From Pedobacter sp. (lineage in GTDB: Bacteria > Desulfobacterota > Desulfuromonadia > Desulfuromonadales > Syntrophotaleaceae): a stretch of 64,000 bases of DNA. The stretch covers positions 741,567-805,566 of the forward strand of contig JBFWJC010000002.1 of assembly GCA_050253415.1 (NCBI GenBank). Reading direction: 5' to 3'. A program made the translations under genes and the position numbers. The notes under the pieces were generated by a model that did not search any database, was not told the origin of the DNA, and was given only the letters and a program-made list of their open reading frames with translations. Shown one piece after another: positions 36,318-47,130 of this stretch; positions within the stretch are counted from its first letter, which is position 1; each line of letters starts with the position of its first letter.

Positions 36318-38034
36318 TGCCAGCAGCGCTCCAAAAATTCTGATTATCGATGATGAAAAGTGTCTGCGCTTCAGCTTTGAACGTTTTCTTTCGGCTGAAG
36401 GTTACCAGGTCTCGACGGCAGCTGACTTCGATGAGGCCCTGAGTCTTCTGCAGAGCATTGAGTTCGATCTGGTTTTTTCGGATATCGTGCTTGGCGGACG
36501 TACCGGTCTTGAAGTGCTGCGTGCCCTGCGCGAGTATGACCAAAGTACGCCGGTGGTTATGGTGACCGGTTTTCCGCATGTCGATACCGCTTCCGAAGCG
36601 GTGCGGCTTGGAGCCTATGATTATATTTCCAAGCCAGTGGTAAAAAAAGACTTGTTGCAGGTAGCACGTTCCGCTCTCAAGTATAAGCAGGCCATTGATC
36701 GTGAGGCAAAAACCAAAAGCAACCTTGCGGCAATATTCGACAGTGTCAGGGATGGCCTGGTTTCGGTAGATGAAACGGGAATTATTACCGATTTTAACGG
36801 CTCGGCCCGGCATATCTGCGGATTGGGGGATGATGATCGAAGTGAAGAAATCGACAGTCTCACCATGCTCTGTGGCGGCAAATGCCGTGAGCTTCTCAAT
36901 CGCACTCTCGTCGAGCGCAAGCCCATGCTGCTCGAGCGCATGGAGTGCGAACACCTCGAGCGCCCCAATCAAGTGGTATCCCTGTCTGTCGCGCCATTGC
37001 AAAATACCGAGGGTGATTTTTTTGGTGCGGTAATGGTTGTGCGTGATGAAACGCGCCTCAACGATCTAGAGCGCAGCCTCAACAAACGCCAGTCATTCCA
37101 TCGCATGATAGGCAAAAGCCAAAAAATGCAGGAAGTCTTCGGCTTGATCGAAAACCTTGCGCAAGTGCCGTCCACCGTTCTGATTCTTGGCGAAAGCGGA
37201 ACCGGCAAGGAACTTGTGGCCGAGGCGTTACACCTTTCCGGAAACCGCAAGAAAAAGCCTCTGGTCAAAGTCAACTGCGCGGCCTTGTCTGACACCTTGC
37301 TGGAAAGCGAGCTTTTCGGGCATGTCAAGGGGGCCTTTACCGGTGCCGTCAAGGATCACGTCGGACGTTTCCAAAAAGCCAACGGAGGCACTATTTTTCT
37401 CGATGAAATAGGTGATATCTCCCCGCGGATGCAATTACGCTTGTTGCGTGTGCTGCAGGAAAAAGAGGTCGAGCGCATCGGCGATTCTACCCCCATCAAG
37501 GTTGATGTACGGATCGTCTCAGCGACCAATCAGGACCTGGAAGAAAAGGTTCGCATCGGAGAGTTCCGGCAGGATCTTTACTACCGACTCAAGGTTATCA
37601 CCCTGGCCCTGCCGCCTTTGCGTGAGCGTAAAGAGGACATCCCGCCGATGGTGGATCATTTCATCCGGCACTACAATGCTGAGTTCGGCCGCAACCTCCA
37701 AGGTGTCAGCCAGAATTGTATGCAGACCATGCTGGATTACGACTGGCCGGGGAACATCCGTCAGTTGGAACATGCTGTCGAACATATACTCATTCATTGC
37801 AAACAGTCTGTTGCCGATGTTGACGATATGCCCGCTGAGATCATTCAATCGCGGCCTCTGATTGCGATGCCCAGCGGTGAATCGGAGGATCAGGAACAGC
37901 AGTCTGTCCTCGATGCGCTGGAAAAGACTGCCTGGAATAAAGCCAAGGCGGCTCGCTTACTGGGGATTGACCGCAAGACCCTGTATCGAAAAATAGAAAA
38001 GTTCCAAATTGTTGAACCGACCTGTGCTGCATAG
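36307..38034 (+). CDS. Sigma-54-dependent response regulator (REC-PAS-AAA+-Fis HTH)
   Basis: REC (IIDDE, FSDIV), PAS insert, GESGTGKE, ESELFGHVKGAFTGA, WPGNIRQL, AARLLGIDRKTLYRK. Confidence 0.92.
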   Translation: MNPNASSAPKILIIDDEKCLRFSFERFLSAEGYQVSTAADFDEALSLLQSIEFDLVFSDIVLGGRTGLEVLRALREYDQSTPVVMVTGFPHVDTASEAVRLGAYDYISKPVVKKDLLQVARSALKYKQAIDREAKTKSNLAAIFDSVRDGLVSVDETGIITDFNGSARHICGLGDDDRSEEIDSLTMLCGGKCRELLNRTLVERKPMLLERMECEHLERPNQVVSLSVAPLQNTEGDFFGAVMVVRDETRLNDLERSLNKRQSFHRMIGKSQKMQEVFGLIENLAQVPSTVLILGESGTGKELVAEALHLSGNRKKKPLVKVNCAALSDTLLESELFGHVKGAFTGAVKDHVGRFQKANGGTIFLDEIGDISPRMQLRLLRVLQEKEVERIGDSTPIKVDVRIVSATNQDLEEKVRIGEFRQDLYYRLKVITLALPPLRERKEDIPPMVDHFIRHYNAEFGRNLQGVSQNCMQTMLDYDWPGNIRQLEHAVEHILIHCKQSVADVDDMPAEIIQSRPLIAMPSGESEDQEQQSVLDALEKTAWNKAKAARLLGIDRKTLYRKIEKFQIVEPTCAA

Positions 38035-38118
38035 AAAGAGGAGGGGCTTTTATCCGAATCGTGCTCATTCGGTGGCTCTGGTCGATAAATAGATAGTTTT
38101 GTTCACCACCAAAACGAC

Positions 38119-38161
38119 AAAAGAGAGGCAACAGATCACAAGATCTGTTGCCTCTCTTTTT
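38119..38161 (+). terminator. Intrinsic terminator
   Basis: 19-bp perfect stem AAAAGAGAGGCAACAGATC / GATCTGTTGCCTCTCTTTT. Confidence 0.8.
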
Positions 38162-38486
38162 GTTTTGACAAGGTCCTTCAGCTGTATGGGTCTAAATAGG
38201 TCCGGGCTGTCACAGTAACTGCTCCTGTGCATAATTCTACTGAAAAAATCAACTAATAATTCAACGTCTTAGGAGTGTGACTTGAAGGCGCTACAGGAAT
38301 GTGGCGGATGTCGAGGATGTCACAACGATGGGGAAATGTTGTATACGGCTCATTATAGGGGGTCCATAACGGGGTTTTTTCTTCGGAATATGTGACGTTT
38401 TTACTGCCCTATTGGTTTGAAGGCCGCCTGATTAATGGTTTTGTTGGCGAAATCTTATCTGGAATGTATGCAAATAACGGCAAGGT

Positions 38487-38503
38487 TAGGCATGGACGTT
38501 GCT
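38487..38503 (+). promoter_or_regulatory. Sigma-54 (-24/-12) promoter upstream of the first MCP
   Basis: TAGGCATGGACGTTGCT: GG-N10-GC with GGCA and TTGC context. Confidence 0.65.
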
Positions 38504-38695
38504 GTTATACGATTTACTGTAAACGCTATCTATCTTTATTGAACTTGTAGGGTAATTGCGTTTACAGGTTGGTGTTTGTCAATAGAAACAGTATGCAAAA
38601 AATAATTCATGAGTCGCTGCCACTGTTATGTGCGCTTTTGCCTCGAGTACAGCTGCTCTTATCCGGACTTTTTAAAACAACCATAACAGGAGTGC

Positions 38696-40801
38696 ATGAT
38701 GAAGCTTAAGCTGCGAGGAAAATTATTGTTGCCCAGTTTTTCGATCATTTTGCTTGGTATGACTCTGGCTGGCTGGTTATCGTATCGAGCGACCAAATCA
38801 GCGCTTGAAACGCTTATCGAGGCGCAGGTGGCTCAGGTATCGTCGAGTCTGGCCCGGCAGATCGACGGGTTTCTTGACGATGCTTCTGGTACCATAACCC
38901 TGATGGCTAAACGTAGCATCACCCTCGATTTGTTCCAAGGTGAAGGTATGGCATCCAAGTCTGCGGTCACCCGCGCCAACGCGGCCCTCCGGGAGATGCT
39001 CGACGATCTGGGCAAGTACGAGATGCTGGCGGTTGTACGAGCCGACGGCCAGGTTATCGCTGCTTCGGATTCCGATGTTGTTGGTCAACTCGACCTGTCG
39101 GAACGGCCCTACTTCCGCCAGGCGATGGCTGGACAGATCGCCTTTTCCAATGTCATTCGCAGTAAACAGACCGGCAAGCCTACCTTTGTGGTTGCGGTAC
39201 CAGTGACTATAGGCGGGCGGCCCGTCGGAATTTGCCTTGGAACCGTGGATCTGGTGGGTTTCAACGAACTTTTCATCAATCCCATTCGCATCGGGAAACT
39301 CGGGTATGCCTATATGGTGGATGATACAGGAGTGTTTCTGGCTCATCCCGTAGCGGAGAATATTCTTGACAAGGGAATCTCGGAATATGCCTGGGGCAAG
39401 TCCATGCTCCAAAAGGAACAGGGCTTCGAACGCTACCCGTGGCAGGGACAGGACAAAATGGTGGCCTACAAGCATGTCGCAAAGACCGGATGGGTCGTGG
39501 CGGCGGGCGCCGAAATGAATGATATCTTTGCTCCTGTTCGCCATATAGGCAACCTGACACTGCTGGTAACCCTGTTGACTCTGCTGGTGGTCGGCGGTGT
39601 GATCTTTGTCATTGCGCAGACCATCGTTAAAGCGCTGCAGGCCGGGGTCGGTTTTGCTGAAGAAATCACGGCAGGAGATTTGTCCAAACGGCTCAAGATG
39701 AAGAGTGAGGACGAAATCGGCCTGCTGGCAGGAGCGCTCGACCGCATGGCCGATGGTTTGGAAGAAAAAGCCCGTCTGGCGGAGCAGATCGCGGCGGGGA
39801 ACCTGACTGTCGATGTGTCCCTTGCCTCGGATCGGGACCGCCTTGGCAAAGCTCTGACCGTGATGACCGACAGCCTCAATGAAGTTGTGTCTCAGGTTCA
39901 ATTGGCCGGAGAGCAGATTGTCGCCGGCTCCGGGCAGGTTGCCGATAGCAGCCAGAGTCTGTCTCAGGGGGCCACTGAGTCGGCATCCTCGCTGGAAGAG
40001 ATTTCGGCTTCCATGATTGAGCTCGGGTCTCAAACCCGGTTCAATGCCGATAATGCCGCCAAGGCAAATCAGTTGGCCACACACGCCAAGGATGCGGCTG
40101 AAAAGGGGAACCGTCAGATGGTACAAATGGTGGCTGCCATGGAAGACATCGACGCATCCGGTCAGAGTATTTCAAAAATCATCCGGGTCATTGACGAAAT
40201 CGCATTTCAAACCAACCTGCTTGCCCTCAATGCGGCAGTCGAAGCGGCCCGCGCGGGGCAACACGGCAAAGGGTTTGCCGTTGTTGCTGAAGAAGTTCGC
40301 AGCTTGGCGGCTCGAAGCGCCAAAGCTGCAAGAGAAACGGCTGAACTCATCGAAGGATCGGTCGGCAATACCCAACATGGCAAACGCATAGCCGATGAGA
40401 CCGCGGAGGCCTTGAAGGATATTGTCGACGGTGTGTCCAAGGTCACCGATCTGGTCAGCGAAATTGCCGCCGCTTCCGATGAACAGGCCGGTGGTATTGA
40501 GCAAATCAATCAGGGGTTGGGACAGATCGATCAGGTCACGCAACAGAATACGGCCAGTGCCGAGGAATCTGCCGCCGCTGCCGAAGAACTGGCCGGCCAG
40601 TCTGAGCAGATGCGTCAGATGCTCAGTCGTTTCAAGGTGCGCCAAGCTGGACAGACGGTTATCTCCAGATCTTCAGCCAAGCCCCTGCCTGCATTGAAGG
40701 AAGCGCGGAAACCTATCCAACGGGCACTACCGGCACCCTCTGCAGCGCGAAGCCCTGAACAGGTGATAGCTCTGGATGATGCCGATTTCGGTAAATATTG
40801 A
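38696..40801 (+). CDS. Methyl-accepting chemotaxis protein (dCache sensor, HAMP, signalling domain)
   Basis: Two TMs, Cache motifs (RPYF, GYAYMVD), [21 protein letters not shown]-terminal DFGKY. Confidence 0.93.
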   Translation: MMKLKLRGKLLLPSFSIILLGMTLAGWLSYRATKSALETLIEAQVAQVSSSLARQIDGFLDDASGTITLMAKRSITLDLFQGEGMASKSAVTRANAALREMLDDLGKYEMLAVVRADGQVIAASDSDVVGQLDLSERPYFRQAMAGQIAFSNVIRSKQTGKPTFVVAVPVTIGGRPVGICLGTVDLVGFNELFINPIRIGKLGYAYMVDDTGVFLAHPVAENILDKGISEYAWGKSMLQKEQGFERYPWQGQDKMVAYKHVAKTGWVVAAGAEMNDIFAPVRHIGNLTLLVTLLTLLVVGGVIFVIAQTIVKALQAGVGFAEEITAGDLSKRLKMKSEDEIGLLAGALDRMADGLEEKARLAEQIAAGNLTVDVSLASDRDRLGKALTVMTDSLNEVVSQVQLAGEQIVAGSGQVADSSQSLSQGATESASSLEEISASMIELGSQTRFNADNAAKANQLATHAKDAAEKGNRQMVQMVAAMEDIDASGQSISKIIRVIDEIAFQTNLLALNAAVEAARAGQHGKGFAVVAEEVRSLAARSAKAARETAELIEGSVGNTQHGKRIADETAEALKDIVDGVSKVTDLVSEIAAASDEQAGGIEQINQGLGQIDQVTQQNTASAEESAAAAEELAGQSEQMRQMLSRFKVRQAGQTVISRSSAKPLPALKEARKPIQRALPAPSAARSPEQVIALDDADFGKY

Positions 40802-40943
40802 AGAAGAGACAGTTTGGTAGGCGTGAAGGATGCCTGATTCTAATTAACAGGCGGGAGGCGTTCTCTTCCGGACTGCGATGCAGGTGTCAATGTTCGGGTG
40901 AGAGCAGGCGCTTGTCGGATCTCTTCTACAGGGAGTCGAGGCT

Positions 40944-41126
40944 ATGGACTTGGAAAAGACCCATCTCAAGGTCTGTCCCCTGGTGGGAAATCCATCTCGT
41001 GAATGCTATTTTCTGCAGATGGACGACAGGAATATTCAGAAAGTTATCGATTATTGCACTGGAATGTTTGCCGAGTGTGCAATCTTTCGATCCTGTCATC
41101 TGGCCGGCGAGATATTAAGCGATTGA
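40944..41126 (+). CDS. Small Cys-rich hypothetical protein (60 aa)
   Basis: ATG after GGGAG..GAGG; CPL...CY...YC...F..C.I pattern. Confidence 0.55.
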   Translation: MDLEKTHLKVCPLVGNPSRECYFLQMDDRNIQKVIDYCTGMFAECAIFRSCHLAGEILSD

Positions 41127-41314
41127 CGGTATTTTCCGCCTGGCGTGCTGTTTATGTCTGGCAAGCGGGCACTTGTGGGCTGCCACAGAAGTGGGGCGTA
41201 TACATGGCGGGACTGTCCCGGGGGAGGCTGCAGGATTTCCTGTTTTGTGGTCGCCATCGAGTAACCGCTCGTATTCTTTGGGGTTTGATATTTTCTTTGG
41301 TTGTCTGACCAAGG

Positions 41315-41330
41315 CGGCATGTGTTTTGCT
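41315..41330 (+). promoter_or_regulatory. Sigma-54 (-24/-12) promoter upstream of cheW
   Basis: CGGCATGTGTTTTGCT: GG-N10-GC. Confidence 0.65.
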
Positions 41331-41500
41331 AAACAATAACACTGTTGAAAAAACGTGCCGGAACCCATTTCTTGAAAGTGTTTCTGAAGGATGGTTTTTG
41401 CCTGATAATGGGTTCAATCCGGGATGCCATAACGTTGTTTGTGAAACTTGTAACCGACATAGGGACCGATAAAAATCGGACGGAGGGATGGGGGCGATAG

Positions 41501-41971
41501 ATGGAAAATACCGCGCGTAATGATGAGGGGTTTGGCTTTGTTGAGGAAGATACCCAGAAGGATAAATATCTTACCTTTTCCCTGGCTGAAGAAGTTTATG
41601 CTATAGACATATGTTATGTAACTGAAATTATTGGCATTCTAAAGATAACCAAGGTGCCGGACATGCCCCCCTTTATCAAAGGCGTGATCAATTTGCGTGG
41701 CAAGGTGATCCCGGTTATGGATGTTCGGGCCCGGTTCAGGCTACCGGCTCGCGATTACGACGAGCGCACCTGCGTGGTGGTGGTCAATGTCGCGGAAAAT
41801 GTCATGGGGTTGGTGGTCGACCATGTCAACGAAGTCATGGACATCCCTTCCGGTCAGGTAGAACCGCCACCAGCGGCCAACGCCAACGGAGGCGGAAAAT
41901 ATATCAAGGGTATCGGCAAGATTGGTGATGAAGTGAAAATCCTGCTTGAGGTCGAGTGCCTGCTGGGTTAG
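41501..41971 (+). CDS. cheW: Chemotaxis coupling protein CheW
   Basis: [34 protein letters not shown]. Confidence 0.95.
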   Translation: MENTARNDEGFGFVEEDTQKDKYLTFSLAEEVYAIDICYVTEIIGILKITKVPDMPPFIKGVINLRGKVIPVMDVRARFRLPARDYDERTCVVVVNVAENVMGLVVDHVNEVMDIPSGQVEPPPAANANGGGKYIKGIGKIGDEVKILLEVECLLG

Positions 41972-42039
41972 CTCAACAGGATTCGCCTCCAGGGGTGGCA
42001 GGCGTCCGTGGTTATATTCGCAGTCACAGAGGGGGAGCG

Positions 42040-43734
42040 ATGGAATGGTTTGCAAATCTTAAAATAAACGCGAAGCTTGGTTTTGCCTTTGCTTTTATGA
42101 CCATCATGATAGCCGCTCTGGGGGCTTCAGGGTATGGGAGCCTTGGGGGACCGAGCACGCTTCTCACTGCCGCATCCGAGACCCATGAACCGCTCCTCGA
42201 ACATCTTGGTCAACTGCAACGGGATCTGCAACAGGTGCTTGAGGGGGATTCCGGCGCCACTATGGATGCGATTCGCGCCGAAATCGATGGCTTGATCAAA
42301 CGGGTAGAAACATCCGCTACCACGGCATCCGAGTTGAGGGGAAAGGTTCACGATGCAAGAGTTTTGCAGTTGAGCTTGCTGGTAGCCGCCCTGGGTACAG
42401 CTCTAGCCCTTGGTTGGGTTTTGTCTCGCTTCTTAACCGGTCCTCTGAACAAAACGCTGGGGATGGCGGAAAATATTGCCAAGGGAGATTTCAGCCAGCG
42501 GCTGGGGATGCAGCATCGGGATGAAACCGGTCTGCTGGCTCAGCAACTCGACCTGATAGCGCAGAGGCTGACCCGTCAGGCGGATTTTGCCGAAAACATA
42601 GCCCAGGGGCACCTTGAACATACGGTCGAGCTTGCCTCCGACAGGGATCAGTTGGGTAAAGCATTGCAGCATATGAGTGATGGACTCAACGATTTGGTAA
42701 GTCGGGTGCAAACCTCTGTCCAGCAGATCGATGCCGGCTCGCAAATGGTCGCCACTGCCAGTCAGATTCTATCGCAGGGCGCGACGCAATCCGCCGCTTC
42801 CATCGAAGAAATTTCCGCCTCTATGACGCAGATGTCGTCCCAGACCAGGATGACGGCGGCAAATGCCAACCAGGCCCACTCTTTATCCAAGGGGTCGAGT
42901 AATGCGGCAGCCCGTGGGGACAAACTCATGGAAGAACTGGTCGGGGCCATGGAGGAAATTGATCGCTCGGGCCAGGACATCAATAAAATTATCAAAGTCA
43001 TCGACGAGATTGCTTTTCAGACCAATTTGCTGGCATTGAATGCCGCGGTTGAGGCGGCCCGGGCCGGTCAACATGGGAAAGGTTTTGCCGTTGTAGCCGA
43101 AGAAGTCCGCAATCTCGCGGCGCGTAGCGCACGTGCTGCCAAGGAGACTGCACAGCTGATTGAAGGTTCTGCGGAAAAGACCCGCAACGGGTCATCTATT
43201 GCCAGTCGTACAGCCGCAGCTCTCAAGGGGATTGTGGCCGGAGCAGCCAAAGTATCCGGGCTGGTCGATGAAATCGCGGCAGCGGCTAACGAGCAGGCCG
43301 CAGGCTTTGAGCAGGTCAGCAGAGGGTTGACGCAGATTGAACAGGTGACGCAGCAGAATACCGGCCATGCCGAGGAAAGTGCCGCGGCGGCCACCGAATT
43401 GTCCAGCCAATCGGCACAACTCAAAGCTGTCGCCGGTCGCTTCCAGGTGCGTGGCGGTTCGATGGTATCTGTCAGCAAGATGCCCGAGGCTCGGAAGCCT
43501 GAAAAAATGCAGCCGGTCAAGGCCGCGCGATCGCGCAGTGTGGAGATCGGTCAGGGGGCGGTTAAGCGTCAAAAGAGCACCAACCTGTTGCCAGCTCCAG
43601 CCAGGAAGGTTGCTGCTGAGTCAACCGTTAAGGTTAAACCGGCCCCAGCTCCAAGGCCGGTCCCGGAAAAAAAGGTGGACTTAAAACCGGAAGAAATTAT
43701 AGCGCTGGATGATTCGGAATTTGGCCGATACTAA
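42040..43734 (+). CDS. Methyl-accepting chemotaxis protein with short periplasmic domain
   Basis: MEWFANLKI start after GGGGGAG; two TMs, [25 protein letters not shown]-terminal EFGRY. Confidence 0.92.
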   Translation: MEWFANLKINAKLGFAFAFMTIMIAALGASGYGSLGGPSTLLTAASETHEPLLEHLGQLQRDLQQVLEGDSGATMDAIRAEIDGLIKRVETSATTASELRGKVHDARVLQLSLLVAALGTALALGWVLSRFLTGPLNKTLGMAENIAKGDFSQRLGMQHRDETGLLAQQLDLIAQRLTRQADFAENIAQGHLEHTVELASDRDQLGKALQHMSDGLNDLVSRVQTSVQQIDAGSQMVATASQILSQGATQSAASIEEISASMTQMSSQTRMTAANANQAHSLSKGSSNAAARGDKLMEELVGAMEEIDRSGQDINKIIKVIDEIAFQTNLLALNAAVEAARAGQHGKGFAVVAEEVRNLAARSARAAKETAQLIEGSAEKTRNGSSIASRTAAALKGIVAGAAKVSGLVDEIAAAANEQAAGFEQVSRGLTQIEQVTQQNTGHAEESAAAATELSSQSAQLKAVAGRFQVRGGSMVSVSKMPEARKPEKMQPVKAARSRSVEIGQGAVKRQKSTNLLPAPARKVAAESTVKVKPAPAPRPVPEKKVDLKPEEIIALDDSEFGRY

Positions 43735-43758
43735 AATCGTTGCATCTATTGAATAAGC

Positions 43759-43789
43759 AAGGGCCTGCACAGAATGGTGCAGGCCCTTT
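43759..43789. terminator. Terminator between convergent MCP and trmO
   Basis: AAGGGCCTGCAC / GTGCAGGCCCTT stem. Confidence 0.65.
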
Positions 43790-43796
43790 GTCGTTA

Positions 43797-44510
43797 TCAG
43801 TCCTGGATTTTTGTCAGGGAGATGACCGTGATACGATTATGTTCGGCTTGCCAGCGCAGTTCAAAATCGAGCAGACGCATGCCGAACGAGTGTGTTCCAG
43901 GGCGGGTAATATGGTAGGCGGGCCTCGGGTCGTTCTCCAGAACCTGCCGGATCAACTGCAATAGTTGTGGATATCCCGCGCTTTGCTGGGCCAGGCCATA
44001 GGTCAACGCCTCCGGTGCGAACTCTATCTGCAGGGGTTGGTCCGGGCGTTCGGCGGCAAAGCCCCCTTGTGCATCGGGCATGGCATCGGCGTAAGGCAGG
44101 TACGGTTTGATATCGAGTACAGGCGTGCCGTCAAGGAGATCGACGCCCCGCAGATGCAGGACGGTGTGGCCTTTATTTGTAGTAATGCGGTCCAGGGTAA
44201 CGGCCGACATGCCGATGGGGTTGGGGCGAAACGGCGACCGGGTGGCGAAAACCCCCAGCCTTTTGTTGCCGCCCAGGCGTGGCGGTCGTACCGTTGGTTT
44301 CCAGCCACTGCCCAGATGGGCATGGAAAACAAAGATCAGCCACACATGGGAAAAGCCTTCCAGTCCCCTGACGGCTTCGGGAGTGTCGTAGGGCGAAACC
44401 AACTCCAGGGTGGCGCAGGCTTCGGCAACCAGTCCGGCTTGCCGCGGGATGCCGAATTTTTCAGGGAAGCAGGAATGGACGAAGCCAATAGGTTGCATGG
44501 GGATGATCAT
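43797..44510 (-). CDS. trmO: tRNA m6t6A37 methyltransferase TrmO (TsaA/YaeB)
   Basis: KFGIPRQ, VRPPRLGGN, GVFATRSPFRPNPIG, DGTPVLDIKPY. Confidence 0.92.
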   Translation of the reverse strand: MIIPMQPIGFVHSCFPEKFGIPRQAGLVAEACATLELVSPYDTPEAVRGLEGFSHVWLIFVFHAHLGSGWKPTVRPPRLGGNKRLGVFATRSPFRPNPIGMSAVTLDRITTNKGHTVLHLRGVDLLDGTPVLDIKPYLPYADAMPDAQGGFAAERPDQPLQIEFAPEALTYGLAQQSAGYPQLLQLIRQVLENDPRPAYHITRPGTHSFGMRLLDFELRWQAEHNRITVISLTKIQD

Positions 44511-44655
44511 GGCTGTGTAAATACCATGAATTGAGGCGGGGAGGTAGAGTAAAAATTTGTGTACAAGCTCAAATAATTTTCATGGATAGCCTTGGTAGCA
44601 TGGTATAACAAAAAGGGTTAATTTTTTGGTTACCAATTCTTCGATGGGGTGTTCC

Positions 44656-47130
44656 ATGGTAACGCTTTCTGCCACTGGTAATGAGGGCAAGCAACAACTT
44701 GAGGATCTGCAATGGCCTGAGCATGTTTGCTTTGTCTATGATGAAGCGAAAGACTGGTCGGGTGCCGTGGTCCGCTTTTTAAAGGTCGGGTTGGGCCATG
44801 CCGAGACATGCTTTTGCCTGCTACCTGAGGGATTCTTTTCCGATGGGGCGTTCATGTCGCCTGTCGATAGGGTTTTGTTTCAGCAAGCCATCGAAGAGGG
44901 CACGCTGGTGCCGCTGCAAAATAACGAAGCATTGAGGGAACCGATGACCAAGGTCGGCGGGTTCCTGGAACAGCTTGCCGCCCGATGCAAATCCGCAGGA
45001 CCTTCCGGGAGTCGTATTGTCTGCGACATGACGTGGCTTAAGGATTGTGGGTATTCGGAAAAATGGCGAGCCGACTTGCTGGCCTGGTTGTGCGAGAGCG
45101 GCGAGGATCACACTCTGTTGGTCATGAGCGGTTATGATCGCACCAACACCTCTGCTCCCGAGCTTCGGAAAACTTTCGGCAGGCACATTTACATTCACCA
45201 TGGTGGGCATCTATTACCCGGGGGCTTTGGTGAAATTCATCCCAAACGATTTAAACCGACGGTTTCCGCCTGGCGGCGAACCTTTCGGCGTGGCCAGGTT
45301 CTGGATGCGATTTTCAACGCCGCGCCTTTTGCCATGTGGATGCTGGACCGGAACAAGGAGGTCGTCTTCGTTAACCGTCAGGTGTGCGAAATTCTGGGCG
45401 TTGCCGAGGCGCAGATCCTTGGCACCCAATGTCGTGCGCAGCATCAAGGCGTCGCCGAGAAGGTTGTTGGGCCCTTTGTCCTGGACGATATCGGTGTGGA
45501 TCAGGAGGACGGGCCGCTTGAAAAAGAACAGACCTTTTTGCATGCCGATGGCCAATTGCACGAATACCGGGTGATTCGCGCCAAGGTTCTGGGCGACGAC
45601 GGGAAGGTTGAGGGACTGTTGGGGCTGGCGCTGGATATCACTGCGCATAAAAAAGCCGAGCGGTTGCTTTTGGAGGGGGAAAGGCGGTTTCGGGATATTG
45701 CCCTGAGCGTTGGAGACCTGATCTGGGAGGTGGGACCGGATTGGCGGTTTCGCTACCTCTCGGAGAGGGCCAGCAGTATCCTCGGGTATACGGCAGACAC
45801 GCTGCTTGGGAAATCTCTTGCCGAGATGGACACTGCTGCGGAAGCGGAGACCTGGCAGATCCTGTTTCGTGAGTGGGAAAAAACACCGGCAACTTTCCGA
45901 AACGTGGAAAAGTGGCTGCAACATAAAGACGGGCGGCAACGCTGCCTGTTGCTGAGCGGAATGCCGATTGTTAATGAAGACGGTCGGCCGGATGGTTTTC
46001 GTGGCGTGGCCGAAGACATCACCGATCGCAAACAGCAGGAGGCCAGCCTCAAAAGTGCTTTGTGGGAGGCTGAGGATGCCCGCGACAAGATCGACAGCAT
46101 TCTGCGTTCTATTACGGATGCCCTGGTGGTTATCAATAATACAGGTCGGGTCGTGATGCTCAATCCAGAAGCCGAGGCGCTGTTCGGCACGCCCGCCGAA
46201 CAGGCTGTCGGACTCCCCATTTATGGCCTTTGTCAACCCGGTGAAGTACGTAACGGTATGATGCAATTGCTTGAGAGCGTGGTGTCGGGCGTCTGTGAAG
46301 CCTGTCTTGCCTGGCCATGCGGCACGGAGCAGAAGCAGGTGTTTTTCAAAGCGAGGGCTTCACGGGTGCGTAACATGCAGGGGGACAATACCGGTTATAT
46401 CGTCATCCTGCAGGATATGACCCGTGAAAGGGAGATGGAGCGGGTCAAGACGGAATTCATTTCCACCGCGGCTCACGAACTTCGTACCCCGCTGACGTCC
46501 ATCATGGGATATATGGAATTTTGCATGCATCCTGAAGAATTTGGGGGGTTTTCAGCGACTCAGCTTAAAGAGTTCATGTCGGAAATTTATGATAAAGCCG
46601 AAGTGCTTGAGCGCATTGTTTCCGATTTGCTCGATATCAGCCGCATGGAAGCCGGACGGGATATCCCTCTGGTCATGGAATCGGTCAACGTGGAGGAGGT
46701 CAGCCGCAAACTCCTGAAACACTTCCAATTGCAATTTCCGCATTACCGCTTTGAAATGGAGTTTGCCGCGGGGACAGTGCATCTGGTGCGGGCCGATCGG
46801 GAAAAGCTGGTGCAAGTCATGGAGAACCTGATCAGCAATGCCGTAAAATATTCCGCCGAAGGCAGCCCGGTCAGGGTAACCGGCATGCGCGAGTCAACTT
46901 CTTACAGGATTTCGGTTCGCGATAAAGGTATCGGCATGACACCGGCGCAGATAGAGCGCATGTTCGAACGGTTTTACCGCGCAGTGGACCTCAACAGCGG
47001 GGTGCGTGGACTAGGGCTGGGCATGCATATCGTCAAACACATCATTGAGCGGCACGGGGGTAGCATACAGGTTGTCAGCGCTCCCCGGCAGGGTACCGAA
47101 ATTATTTTCAGCCTGCCTTTTAGCGAATAG
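44656..47130 (+). CDS. Cytoplasmic sensor histidine kinase (MEDS-like N-domain, three PAS, HisKA/HATPase)
   Basis: HVCFVYD...FLKVGL...RIVCDMTW...GYD (MEDS-like); PAS repeats; AHELRTPLT, NLISNAVKY, GLGLGM; no TM; start uncertain. Confidence 0.85.
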   Translation: MVTLSATGNEGKQQLEDLQWPEHVCFVYDEAKDWSGAVVRFLKVGLGHAETCFCLLPEGFFSDGAFMSPVDRVLFQQAIEEGTLVPLQNNEALREPMTKVGGFLEQLAARCKSAGPSGSRIVCDMTWLKDCGYSEKWRADLLAWLCESGEDHTLLVMSGYDRTNTSAPELRKTFGRHIYIHHGGHLLPGGFGEIHPKRFKPTVSAWRRTFRRGQVLDAIFNAAPFAMWMLDRNKEVVFVNRQVCEILGVAEAQILGTQCRAQHQGVAEKVVGPFVLDDIGVDQEDGPLEKEQTFLHADGQLHEYRVIRAKVLGDDGKVEGLLGLALDITAHKKAERLLLEGERRFRDIALSVGDLIWEVGPDWRFRYLSERASSILGYTADTLLGKSLAEMDTAAEAETWQILFREWEKTPATFRNVEKWLQHKDGRQRCLLLSGMPIVNEDGRPDGFRGVAEDITDRKQQEASLKSALWEAEDARDKIDSILRSITDALVVINNTGRVVMLNPEAEALFGTPAEQAVGLPIYGLCQPGEVRNGMMQLLESVVSGVCEACLAWPCGTEQKQVFFKARASRVRNMQGDNTGYIVILQDMTREREMERVKTEFISTAAHELRTPLTSIMGYMEFCMHPEEFGGFSATQLKEFMSEIYDKAEVLERIVSDLLDISRMEAGRDIPLVMESVNVEEVSRKLLKHFQLQFPHYRFEMEFAAGTVHLVRADREKLVQVMENLISNAVKYSAEGSPVRVTGMRESTSYRISVRDKGIGMTPAQIERMFERFYRAVDLNSGVRGLGLGMHIVKHIIERHGGSIQVVSAPRQGTEIIFSLPFSE

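Noticed and set aside
41440..41472. Sigma-28 promoter (ACCGATAA) before cheW
   Set aside because: No TAAA -35 element at the proper spacing.
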